A stretch of DNA of 40,269 nucleotides from Peribolospora baueri (Eukaryota): positions 124,001 to 164,269 of the forward strand of contig JAMDHS010000049.1 in assembly GCA_029717555.1 (NCBI GenBank), written 5' to 3'. A program made the position numbers and the translations under genes. Positions 26,912-38,915 of the stretch are shown here, one piece after another. The notes beneath the pieces were generated by a model. It had not been told where the DNA came from. It ran no database searches and worked only from the letters and a program-made list of their open reading frames with translations. The first letter of the stretch is position 1. The number at the start of each line of letters is the position of its first letter.

Positions 26912-28030
26912 GGTGAGCAGGGGCTTTGGTGCGAGCGAGAGCGGTGGTGGGGAGGATGGCGTCTCCGTGGATGGGCGGTTGGGAGGGGTACACAGAGGGA
27001 AGACAAAGGAAGGCGGACCTGTGCGTTGTGTTGTTGGTTGTTATGGACTGGGGAGGGACGATGTGATCTGATATCGAAGATGGATGCGACTCGTCCGACG
27101 AGAGAGAGATCCCCGCTCATGCTGCTCATTGTCTTGTCTGATTGATCTCGCTGCCGTTCGATAAGACGCCGGCCGGGCCAGCTCCTCACGCGGGGTCGGC
27201 AACGCCATCCGGCCGCCGCCGTTCGGAGACGACCCGTCGTCCGTAACCATCGCTCCTTCAGGCCTGGCGATGACGAGACGACGACGGCGGCGTCCACCAC
27301 TCCCACTCGGCCCGGGCGGCCGGATTCCGGTTGGCAGCGCCTTGTGCTTTCCTCGCGGCGAGGAAACCGTAAGCGGTAGACTTTGGACAGAGAGAAGGAG
27401 ACTTTTTCTCTTTTTTCCACCCCTTCCTCACTCCGAACCTCGTCTGCGTCAAGTGGGGAAAAAAGACCCGAAGGGGCCGGAAAAGCTACCGTGTGCGCCA
27501 CTCCTAAGTCAGGTCGGAGGTCATCACTCCGCCGTCCATAATCTTGCCTGCTGGCCGACCGACCGCTTGAGATGCTCATCCAGCTGCTCTCTCCTTCACC
27601 TCCTTCCGTCCTCAGTTCTTCAACTGAGCCTCGATTCCGACTCGGCTCCCATCTGACCCTCGCAAAACATTTCATACATCCGCACGGCGAAGGGAACGAG
27701 AATCGAGGGCGAGGACGATCGACGGCAAGGCACGATCAGGTCATTTATGTAATACACGTATACACCTATCTATGCGATATTGGAGTACACAGGCGGCACA
27801 CGTGGCCCCAGCGTCGCCGCAGTCAATGTTCGGAAGATCTGCTTTGCTCCGTTCCGTGCGACGGCCGACTTAGCGTGCTCCTCCATACAACGCACCCTTT
27901 TGCGCCACGGCCACCTTCGTAGGCGCAGCCAGAAGAAGAGAAAGCATAGAAGGGACGGGACGCTCGGACAGCGTCTCCTCTCCGTCTTCCGCTGAGGTTG
28001 CTCCGCCCACTTCACTCGCCCAGAGACACC

Positions 28031-31000
28031 ATGCGCCTTGCCCCTTCCCCTTCCTCCATCGCCCCCTCCATTGCCCGTACCTCCGCCCGGATCATCGCCA
28101 GGCCCTACTCCTCCACCTGCGCCGCTCTTGATCATCGGAAGCTAGCAACCGTACGGCCCGGGGAGCCTTCATATCGGAGCTCATCGCTGTTGCCTCGTGC
28201 CGGACATGGTCTACTCCGTCCCTTTCACGCCTCCTCGGAGGCGAGAAGGTCGGCGAGCAAGAAGATGAGGGAGGCTAGGAGGGAGCAGAGGGAAAGAAGA
28301 AATGCCGCCGGCGTACCCGTGTTTCCCGACCTTCCTGTTCAAGACGCCGACCACTCTTCCGCTCGATCCTCTCCCCAAGCAATGGCGTCACGGCGACCAG
28401 CTTTCAAAGGTCCCCCCACGGGCCCACCCGACTTCACCAACCCCGAGCCGACCGGGCTGGCAGGCGTGTCCCGTCATCTCCTCCGGCAGCTTGAGTCCTT
28501 CGTGAGTGACGAGGACGGGGAGGTGGTGCGTCGCCTGGGGACGGGAGGATACGGCGTTGGAGGCAAGGCCATCGAACGCCTCGTGCGACTTGTCGACCCG
28601 GATGCCGTGCAGGTGAAAGGCCCAGAAGGGACGAGGGCGCTGTTGAGAGCGTGGAAGGAGGAAGTGGAGGGAGGACTCGAAGAACGTAAAATCCGCTACA
28701 AGGCGAAGCTCGCAAAGCAGGAGGGAAGCACCGCAGCGGAGAGCTGGGGCGTCATCGCAAGAGACGGATCCATCGATGTTAGAGCGGTGGCTGCGTCTTT
28801 CGATTCGGAAGGCGCGTTGGCCATCACGCGAACCCTCTTGCTCTCCTTCCTCCACTGGGTCGTCCGTAGTCTGGCCGCCATGCCCTCCCACCTGTCTACC
28901 ACCGCTTCCGACACCCTCCAAGCCCACCTTCTCTCCCTGCTGTCCAACACCGACCTTCGCCACCCGCATGAATTCTACCCCCTAGCCCGCGCCATCAAGC
29001 GCACCATCCACCTCCACGTCGGCCCGACGAACTCTGGCAAGACGTATCACGCCCTGCTCGCCCTCGTTCGCGCTCGCACCGGCGTCTACGCCGGCCCTCT
29101 CCGCTTGCTCGCCCACGAGGTTTTTGAGCGCGTCAACAAGGGCACCATCGCCGCTCCCGGCGTCGTGCCTCCTCGAGCGTGCAACCTGTTGACGGGCGAG
29201 GAACAGAAGGAGGTCGATCCCTTCGCCGGAATCTACGCCTGTACCGTCGAGATGGTCAACCTGAACCGCGCCGTCGACGTGGCTGTCATCGATGAGATAC
29301 AGATGATCGGCGACCCTGCACGCGGCTTCGCTTGGACCACTGCCGTGCTCGGCGTGCCCGCCAGGGAGATCCACCTCTGCGGCGAGGCGTCGGTGGTACC
29401 GTTGATCCGATCGCTCTCCGAGCAGACCGGAGACGATTTTGTCCTTCACAACTACGAGCGCCTTTCCCCGCTCACCGTCTCCCCTACCTCCCTCTCCAGC
29501 GATCTCTCCAACGTCCGCAGGGGAGATTGCGTCGTCACCTTTGCTCGCTCTAACATCTTTGCGGTCAAGAACGAGATCGAGGCGCGCACCGGCCTCAAGT
29601 GCGCCGTCGCCTACGGAGGCTTGCCACCCGAGACGAGGAGCGAGCAAGCTAGGCTCTTCAACGAGAGTCTCGTCAAGGAGGACGGAGAAGGCCTGTACGA
29701 CGTCATGGTCGCTAGCGACGCCATCGGAATGGGTCTCAATTTGTGCGTGCCGTTTTTGCCCCGCCCTTCCCGTTTCTTAGGCGCTTGCTCGCTTCCTCAT
29801 CTCACCGCAGTGGGAATCGTCGTGATCGTGCTCACACCGTTCCCTTCCTTCGCCTGCCCCCCCGCGCCCTTAACGCCATCTCAGGAAAATCAATCGCGTC
29901 GTCTTCGAGACGGTTTCAAAATGGGATGGCCAACGGATGGTAAGGCTCTCTGCGTCTCAGATCAAGCAGATCGCCGGAAGGGCGGGTCGGTACGGCACCA
30001 AGGGTGGAGGAGAGGTGACCACGCTCCACGACCGCGACTTGCCCATCCTCGAGGCCGCCCTCGAGGCGCCCTTGACGGCCGTACCTCGCGCTGCCATCGC
30101 ACCTACGAGCAACATGCTTTCTTCGCTCGCTCAACAGCTTGCCATCAGGTCTTCCTCATCTCCTCCACGGCCGTCCGCCTCCGCCTCCTCTGCTGCCGAC
30201 GAGTCTGCCCCTTCTACCTCGCTGTCCTCTATCTTTGCTCATGTCGCCCTCCTCAGCCAAGTCCGTCCTTCGACATACTATGTCTCCGCCTTTTCGCAGC
30301 AGATGAACATCTCCCCCCTCATCGAAGAACGCAGTCGACAAGCTGGCGTCTCCCTGACGATCGCCGAAAAGGAGTGCTTCTGCAACGCGCCCGCCAATAT
30401 CAGAGACGAGCGCGTCCAAGAGGTCATGGGCAGGTTCGTCGAGGCGTACGGGAGCGGGCGGATTGCGAACATTGAAGAAGGTGTGGAGGGCTTGGATATG
30501 ATGGAGGCGCTCGCGGAGATTTGGCAGATGCGCCAAGATACCATACGCCAGAGGGATGAGCGGCTTGCGCGCGAGGGCCAGGTAGCGGCGACGACGACGA
30601 CGGCCGACGCGGCCGAAGAGGAAGATGGGGCCAAGGACGTCACCGTCGCTGGCGCCTCAAGCATATCGTCGCTCGGTCCGGTGGACTTTGATAAGGACCT
30701 GCCGCCGGATCGGAGTGCCTTGTCGACACAGACGCTCATGGTCTTAGAGTCCCTACACCGCACGCTCACCCTCTATCTCTGGCTCTCCTACCGATACCAA
30801 CTCACCTTCTGCCATGCCGACGACGCACGGGCGTACAAACTCAAGACGGAGGAGGCGATCGAGTTCTGTCTTGAGGGCATCCGCTCCGAGCGCAGGAGGC
30901 GCGTCTCCAAACGTCTTGCTGAGGCCGCTCAGATGGGCGAGACGCTCACGCCCGGAAAGAGGTGGGGCGCGCCGGAGGATGGCGACGTCGGTCGTAGGTC

Positions 31001-33228
31001 CTCGGGGCGACCGAGGATTGGCGGCTTCTATGAGAGACCGTCGCCCCTCCACGCGCCTTCCTCACAGCGTTCCTTCCACACCTCCGTCGCGCGGCCCGCT
31101 TCCGACCGACTGTATGACGCCCCCCTACCGACGTCACCGCCACAGGCATCGCCTCACACTTTCGCTGTCCTGGGCGGAGGCATCTCCGGCCTCGCCGCCG
31201 CGTACTACCTAGCTCGTACCTTGCGTCGCGGCGACAAGAGGCAGCGGGAAAGCAGAGTCGTGCTCCTCGAGGCTGGTGACCGCCTCGGTGGGTGGATAGA
31301 GTCGAAACGTGTCGAGCTACAGCTGCCCGGCGGAACGTCAGGCGGCGAAGGAGGCGGAGGGACGAACAAGGTCAGCCTGCTCTTCGAGAGCGGGCCTAGG
31401 AGCTTGAGGCCGGCTGGGTTGTCGGGAATGATCGCGCTTGATCTGGTGAGCTCGCTCGCGGATTGGAACGTAGCAAAGGATTGAGGAAGGGCTGTGGCCT
31501 CTTGCCCGGCGGTGTATGTGTGTATGTTCCTTCTCCGGCCGTGCGCTCGTTCTTAAAATTGATCGTCCCTCCCCACTTGCCGCCCGGCTTCCTTGGTCCT
31601 CGCTCACACTGCATCCCAGATTTCCGAACTTGGTCTCGTCCCCGACCTCCACGTCGTCCCGCGCTCCCACCCTTCCGCAAAGAATCGGTTCATTTACTTC
31701 CCGGACCGCCTCAACCGGCTTCCCTCTTCCCTTCCATCTCTCCTCGCCTCCCTCTTCCGCCCACCGCCCGTCCTCAAAGGTGTGGCGTCTGGCGTTCTCA
31801 GAGAACCTTTCATTCCGCCCAGCTCTCCCGCCCTAAGGGACGAGTCCGTGGACTCGTTCGTTTCGCGCAGGTTCGGCCACCCGATGGCGCGCAACTTGGT
31901 GTCTGCGGTCCTGCACGGCATCTACGCCGGCGATGCTCGCTTGCTCTCCGTGCGCTCCGTCCTCCCGTTCCTGTGGAACGCCGAGCGCTCTCATGGGGGT
32001 GTGCTCAGGGCTTTGTTGTCTGCCCGTATGCGGACCGAGAGGGGGTTCGTGAAGGAGAAGGAAGGGCGAACGGGCAGTGGAGCACGAGAGACGACGGCCC
32101 GCGAACAGAAGAGCGCAGACCGGCTAGAGGAGGAGAGATTGAGGGCCCACCTGCCCGAGAGCCTGGCAAAGGTCATTGGGGGCGCGAGTATCTATTCCTT
32201 CCGAGACGGCATCCAGACGCTCATCGACGCTCTGGAGCGGCAAGTAGGGGCGCTCGGCGTTCAAGTTTGCAAGGGCGCGCTGGAAGGGAAAGTGATTGGC
32301 GTCGCTAAAGGCAGCGGGAGTGGTGATCGAGTTCAGGCGAGTACCCCCCCCTCCCCCCTTGCGCCGGCGTGTCTCTTGTTTATACACGCTCATATAGTAG
32401 GAGGAGCATTGACACCCCCTTTCTTGATCTTCGATCCCACTCTCTCCAACCCAGGTGATCACCCCGGCCGGTCGAATCTCAGCCGACCACGTCATCTCCG
32501 CTCTGCCCAGCAACACTTTAGACGGCATCCTTTCCTCAACACCCCTCCGTCTTCCCCATCTAAGCCACAATCACGCTGTCGACGTGGGCGTCGTCCATGT
32601 CGCCCTCGCGCCCAAGGCAGACGGCGAGAGCGTCCTTCCTGTGCGTGGGTTCGGTCACCTCGTCCCTCGGTCTACGCCGGATAACGAGGACGGGATCCTG
32701 GGTATCGTGTACGACAGCGATTCTTTGCCGACTTTGGACCGGTATGAACCGCAGGATCGAGGTCTTGACGTCGTCAGGACGGGCCCGACGACGGTCTCAG
32801 CGGTGCAACCGGCCATGGTCCCTACCAAAGTGACCGTCATGATCGGCGGCGCTCACTGGTCCTCCCTTTCTCTCGATCAACTTCCCACCGAGGCAGAGCT
32901 CGTGAATCGTGCCTTGAAGGCCCTCGAGACGCATCTGGACGTCCCCAGGGACGCGCTTCGCCCTCCGCTTTACTGTGAAGCTAAGCTACACCGCCGGTGC
33001 ATCCCGCAGTACCTCGTGGGCCACATAGACCGGATGAAAGAACTGGACGCGGCGCTGAGGGCGAGCGCGAACGACGACGGCCATCTCGCCGGTCGTCTCA
33101 GTCTCGTCGGAGCGAGCTACAGCGGCGTGAGTGTGAACGACTGCATCCGGGGCGCCAAGGAAGTCGCGGAGGCGCTCGCCAGCGGGCGGACGGTGACGGG
33201 CTTGGAGCGGTTCACGGTCATGGACTGA
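28031..33228 (+). CDS. SUV3-HEM14: Fusion of mitochondrial RNA helicase SUV3 and protoporphyrinogen oxidase (HEM14/PPOX), ~1587 aa (exons 28031-29742, 29885-31445, 31620-32336, 32455-33228)
   Basis: SUV3 motifs: HVGPTNSGKTYHAL, YAGPLRLLAHEV, IDEIQMIGDPARGFAWT, ASDAIGMGLNL, QIAGRAGR, LESLHRTLTLYLWLSYR. The same exon continues into AVLGGGISGLAAAYYL...LLEAGDRLGGWI...FESGPRSLRP, followed by DESVDSFVSRRFG, HGIYAGD, CIPQYLVGH and GASYSGVSVNDC (PPOX). Confidence 0.9.
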
Positions 33229-33864
33229 CTGAGTGAGGACTGCGCACGAGGTTCTCGAAGGTATAGACAGACGCGCTTTGGGCGCATGGCATGGGCTTCG
33301 TTCGGACCCTTCTCTCTCTCTCTCACTCACCGCGTGGGGGAACGGCGGGCGGGCGTTTCTGCATTTCTGGAGATTGTATTTGTACGACACTGGCACCACC
33401 CCTCATGCGATCCATTTTCGGTCTTAGTTATCGACGTCTTGTTCCCGGGCCCCGCACGACGCTAGTCCGACAGGAAAAGGAAAAGAAGAGACAGCCTCGA
33501 AAACGCTTTGCGAAAACCGTCGTCCATTCGACTTCGGCTTTCCCCTCCCCCCACCTCTTTCCATGCAAGTTAAGGCAGCGAGGCGACCTTTCGTTCTCAT
33601 CATCCCTGCAGACCCGGCGGGATTTTGCGACCGTCGATAGGGCCCCCGGGGAAAAGCGTAGGGCGGGGTTGCCCCCAACTCGAACCGAAACGAACTGAAC
33701 CAACTCTAACCGAACCGAACCGAATCACATTGCAATCGAAATCCGTCGCCGACGTGCATATGTCTATCGGACCGACCGACCGACGGCCATTCTATCCATC
33801 GCCATCCGTCCCTCCTTCATGTCCTACACCCCCCCCCTCCCGCGCGGTGTGCACGTCCTCTCAC

Positions 33865-36101
33865 CTACTCCGGTGGCACCCATCCCTCGCCCACCGCCTT
33901 GGCCATCCCCGAAGTCGGCCCGGCTCCGGCTCCCGCCGTGCCGAGCGGAAAGACGGTAGGGACAGCGGCGGTCATCGCTGCAAGCGTCTCCTGCGCGCTG
34001 CTGCCGCCGCCGCCGCTCGCCGCGTCTAACCGAGCGGCGCGCAGCCACCACCACAGCAAGGGTACGCTGAACACGGCGACGAGCGCGAGGACACGCAAGC
34101 CAGTCCGTCTCAACAACTTGACGCCGCCGCCGCCGCCGCCGCCGGCAGTTTCTCCATCCCCCGCCGCCGCTGCGCTGCTGCCGCCAAAGCGCACAGTGAG
34201 AGCCTTGGTCACGGGACCGAGACGCGCCCAAACGCGGAAGACGGAAGCGAGGGCGACGAGGGCGGAGAGGGACCAGGAGAGCTTTTCGGCGACGCCGGAC
34301 TTCCTAAACCTCCTCATCTCCCACCAGCCCATCGTGCCCGAGCCGCCGCCGAGACCGATCTTGGCGACCGCGTCCAAGGGCGCAGAGAGGAGGCTCACGG
34401 TCAGGGGCGAGAGGCGGGGGGAGGATGCGAGGAGAAGAGCGAGGGTGCAGGATTCGAGCGGGGAGGAGAGGAGGGAGAGGCAGAAGGGCCAGAAGATGCG
34501 TTGGCGGAGAACGAGGCGGGTGTCGGGGATGTGTTCGTTCATCTTTCGCGCGATGAACATCAAGGGGCCCGAGAGGAGCAAGGCGGTCAAGAGGGAGATC
34601 TGTGGGCCGGAGAGGAGAGGTTATCAGGTCAGGTCAGGCTAAACCTATTCGAGAGCACTGGGCAATACGAATCCCGTCTCGGCGTATGGGCGGCTCACCT
34701 TTGCACCACCTTTCACAGCCGTCCGGGGCCCAAGCTCCGTGACCGCTCTCCTCCAAGCGATCAGCCTGAGCGCCGCAAGGATAGGGAGGGAGACAACGAG
34801 CACGGCGGCGAACACTAACGTGCGGGCATTCTTAAAGCGATCTTGGGGAGGGTGGAGGAGGAGAGGGAGGAGGATGAGGAACGGGACGAGGAGGGCGGAG
34901 AGAACTTGAGAGAGCGGACGACTTGGGACGGAGGAGGGCGGCCGGTGTTTGGAGGAACGAGACGGGGAGATGTCTTGTTCGGAAGTGAAAAAGAGGAGAA
35001 AGGAGGCCGCCATGGACTGGACGAGCGGCAGACGGAACGAGACGGAGGACGGGGTGGCAGAGCGAGCGGGATAGGAGTCCTAAGTCAGCCTTCTCTTTTC
35101 TTCTCATTGCGCTCCTTCCTCCTTTCAGCGAGGGTGGACTGACCGCGAAAGCCAACACGCTCTCCGCGTCGGCGAAAGCGAGCGAGAAGAGGAACACAAC
35201 GCTCGTGGCCCCGTCGACGACGCCGAGTTGGAGCGTCGGATCGTCCAAGGCATGGCGGAGGACTATGCGGGCCAGCCGAGCGAATGTGCCGCCGCCGTGG
35301 CCTCCTCCTCCTCCTCCTCCTCCTCCTCCTCCTCCTCCTCTTCGTCCGAGTCCGGTCCCTCGTCGACCCTCTTCCAGCTCGCGCGTGAGCGGGGCGGCGC
35401 GTCCTGCACGCTCGAGCTCAACTGACCGTTCGCCGTCGTCCGCTTCGCCTTGGCCGCCTCGCCATTCTTCCGGAGGTAGGTCGCCCTCGTAACCGGCATC
35501 GAACATGACGACGTCCTTGGTCTCGCCCTCGACAGCTTGCGAGCCGGCCACTCCACCGGCCATGCCTTCCCCTTCCGCCTCTCTCCATATCCTCTGCACC
35601 CCACCCCCGAACCTCACCCACGCCCATCCGAAAGCGCACTGGGCGGCCGCCTTGGCAGGGGCGAGGACGGCGATGGCGACGATGGTGCCTCTGTCGAGGA
35701 CGCGGATCGAGGCGGACATGCATACGAGGGAAGTGAGGAGATAGAGCACAGTTCGGATGAGGGGTACCTCTGGCGGTGGTGGTTGTGAAGAGGATGAAGA
35801 CGAGGAGAAGGAGGAGGAAGGGGAGGAGGAGACGCCATGGTGGTGGGCGGCGGGGGGGAAGTAAGAAGCGCCCCATTCGCCGCCCGCTTCCTCCTCCAGG
35901 AGCGGCGGAGAGTGGGTGGGCGAAGGAGGGAGGGTTCGCAAGGTGGAGATGGAGGAGAAGAAGCGGGAGTGGTGTGCCCGTCCGTAGCGTGGATGGTGAT
36001 GATGCTTTCAAGCCTGACCCCGACACCTGTCCTGCGTCTGCGCCCGTTCCCGCGCTGCCAGTTGCGGCCTCGTAGCCGTGGTCTGGTTCAGCGTCGCCCA
36101 T
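33865..36101 (-). CDS. Multi-pass membrane protein (possibly a divergent DMT/nucleotide-sugar-transporter-like protein); 5' end unresolved
   Basis: ORF segments 35941-~35144, ~35016-~34700 and ~34599-33865 join via GTCAGT...CCAG and GTGAGC...ACAG introns and carry many hydrophobic helices. The family assignment is a guess from topology only. Confidence 0.55.
35301..35340. repeat. (CCT)n trinucleotide run encoding poly-Gly on the minus strand
   Basis: About 13 perfect CCT copies. Confidence 0.9.
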
Positions 36102-37448
36102 GGCGTTGGAGTAGGAGGGAGGAAGAGAGACTGAGACTGGGCTGTGGGGACTGCTAGGGTGAGATCGGGGGGTCTCAAGTGTAGGCAAGGCGAGGCAGAC
36201 GGGCGTTGGACAACGCGTGAAGACGAACGGGCCGGCGAGGCAGGGCGACCGGAGGTGAATGGAGCGGTAGAAGCGAGGGAGAAAGCCGTCCGACGGGGGC
36301 TACAAGATGGAAAGACTGGGAGAGAGACCCTTCTTTCTTTTCTTGCCTCCTTCCTTTCTCGAGCACCCCTCGCTCGCTCCCTCACTCACGCACGCACGCA
36401 AGCACGTACACACTCGCTCGATCTCTCGCTGCCTCACTCGCTCACTCCCTCATTCACTCAGGCAGGCTCGTCAAGGGCAAGGGAGGGCAGATGCGGGCTC
36501 GGAGAGGTGGAGAAGAAGGGCGCGGAGGAATCAGGGCGAGGATGGGAGGGCGAGCGTGGTGGTTTCGGTCTGGGGAAGATGGTGGGATGGAAGGAGGGAG
36601 GTTTGTCGGACGGACGGGCGTGCATGGTGGTAGCCTTAGTCCTCGCCATCATCTTCTAGAGCAGCTTATTAGCCTCTCCTTCCTTCTTTCTCGCCATCCA
36701 TCCATATCCGCCCACCCTTCCCGCCATCGCTCGCATGGACTGAACGGCGGCGAGGGCGATGCAAATATGACCAGTTTCCGGGGCGACGGCGACGTCGGCC
36801 GGGGCTTAACACGAGCTAGGGCCCGCCGCACAGAGCTAGCCGGGGCGAGGGCGACTGACTGCGCCAAGCAGCTCGGCGAGGTGAGCGGGCCGTCGGTGGT
36901 CGTGCGCTGCGCCCTGCTCTGCTCTGCCAGGGTCGGAGGGGCGGCGCAGTGGGCGATGAAGAAAGAAATGTCGGATGGATGGCCGGCAGGCGAACGAAAA
37001 ACGGGGTCCGGCGGCTGTCTTGGCTGCACACCATCTCGACGCGCAGCCGCGGATACAAATCAGATTCGGGACAAGCTTCTTCCATCAATGACGAGCCAGC
37101 AGACTGAGCCACTCCGAGCCGCTTCGCCCGCGTCCACTTTTTTACGACGACCCCGAGACGACAAGACATGACATCCATGCCCTACCTCGACCGATGGCCA
37201 ACGCCCGCCCGCCGACGACCGGCGGTCAGAATTAGAAGCTCACCGCGGATCCAACCTGCTGCGGACGACAGCACCCATAACAGAACAGAACAGAACAGGC
37301 CGTTGATGTGCTGCGGCCGGCGACCAACCGCAACCACGTGGAGGGCGCCGCAGTCGCGAACACCGGCGTCCATTGTGCTCGAGCAATCGTCAACGGCGCG
37401 CCGTCGCAGACTGACCGACCAGGCCATCTCGATGACGAGGACAGCACG

Positions 37449-38915
37449 ATGAACGCTGAGGAAGAAGGTAAGCCAGCCGGTCGAGTCGGATCGACGTAGA
37501 CGGGAAACGTAGCCCCGGATCATGCTGATCGTCTTTCCGTCGCCGCCGCCGCCGCCGCCGCCCCGGACAGAGCATCTCATCAAAACCCGCCTCTCGGTGG
37601 ACGAGCGGCCGCTCAAGAAGCTCGTCAAGAAGCTCGTCGCTCTCGCCTCCCCCGCGCCCGAGGGACAGGGGCACGACAGGAACGAGGAGGACCTGTGAGT
37701 GTTGCACGTCGTCATTCGTCGAGCAGACCGGAGCCGGCCGGTACGGTACGGCAAGCTGATCCCTCCCTCCTTCCTTCCCTGTCGCCCAGGGAACTTCTTC
37801 ACCACGCCTTCCTAGTGGACCTACAGTCCTATGAGCTTCTCCTTTCTCGCATGGTCTCCTCTGCCCGGACGGCCGAGAAGGAGATCGGGAGGTACGAAGA
37901 GGAGCGAGTACGGATGGGTGAGTCGTCGCCGCACGCCTCCTTCCTCCTCGCGGTCGTCCTTCCAACTCTTTTTTGCTTTCCTTCTTTGGGATGCCCAGAA
38001 TCCGAGCACCGCACTGTCACTCAGACCATCTCCCGCCTCCATGCCACCCTCTCCTCCGTCCTCCTCGAGCGAGAACACAAGCTCGCCTACGACCTCGTCG
38101 CCCGCTCCATCAGCTCCCACCCACCCCGCTCCGAGTTGGCCACTTCGATCGATCGCCTGCACGAGTCTGTCGAGGAGCTCAAGGCGGAGAAGGAGGGATA
38201 CGAGAGCGTGCGCAGAGAGAGCCATGCCAAGTTCTCCGCCGTCTTGGACGGCTTGGTGGCGCTGAGAGAGAGCGTGGGGGAGGAGGTGGGGAGGAGAGAG
38301 AGGAGGGAGGTGGAGAGGGCCGAGGGAGACGGTGACGGTGACGGTGATGGAGATGGAGACGGAGAGGGAGACGGCGACGGCGATGCCGACGTCAAGGACG
38401 CTGACGCCGTTGGCGAGGACCAGCGCGTCGGCGGCGTCGATCTGCATAGCGACGCCGCCGACGCTCCCTCTTCTTCCCAGACCACACGGCTGACGCGCGA
38501 AACGTCAGGCCGTTCCGTCGGTCCGTCAGCCACCATCACTTCCCTCAACCCTACCGCCCCGGCGTTCACCTATCGGGGCTCCTCGTCGGCGCCCATGGCC
38601 TCCTCCTCCCCGCGAAACGCGTCCAGGACGTCCTCTCCGCGTCGAGGGACGGGCGCCAATGGACCGCGGCCCGCCGGCTCACAACGGGAGGACGGAGAAG
38701 AGGGAGAGGAGGAGGAGGAGGAGGAGGACGTGGAGATGCGCGATGGCGACGTGCGAAGGAACCGGACTCAGAGAGGCGGGGGCGCAGCCGGGGTCCGTCA
38801 CGCGACGACGCTTCAACGAGGAGGACGGGAGCAGAGCGACGAAGAGGGAGAGGTGGGCGAAGAGGGCGAGGGCGAGGGCGAGGAGGGCGAGGTACGGGCG
38901 ATGGACATTGGCTAG
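37449..38915 (+). CDS. THOC7: THO complex subunit 7 (THOC7/Mft1 family), 4 exons, acidic disordered C-terminus
   Basis: MNAEEE|EHLIKTRLSVDERPLKKLVKKL..., FLVDLQSYELLLSRM...EKEIGRYEEER, REHKLAYDLVARSISSHPPRSEL match the THOC7 pattern. Donors GTAAGC/GTGAGT/GTGAGT have matching acceptors. Confidence 0.85.

Noticed and set aside
26782..27675. 297-aa minus-strand ORF
   Set aside because: Arg/Ser-rich and unstructured; no domain or consistent exon chain could be established.
29743..30475. C-terminal part of the 825-aa ORF 27998-30475 as real protein
   Set aside because: Read-through of intron 29743-29884 in the wrong frame; the SUV3 motifs continue in the 29937 frame.
33370..33390. TGTATTTGTAC after the SUV3-PPOX stop as a Puf3 target site
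   Set aside because: Does not match TGTANATA; more likely a generic 3'-end element.
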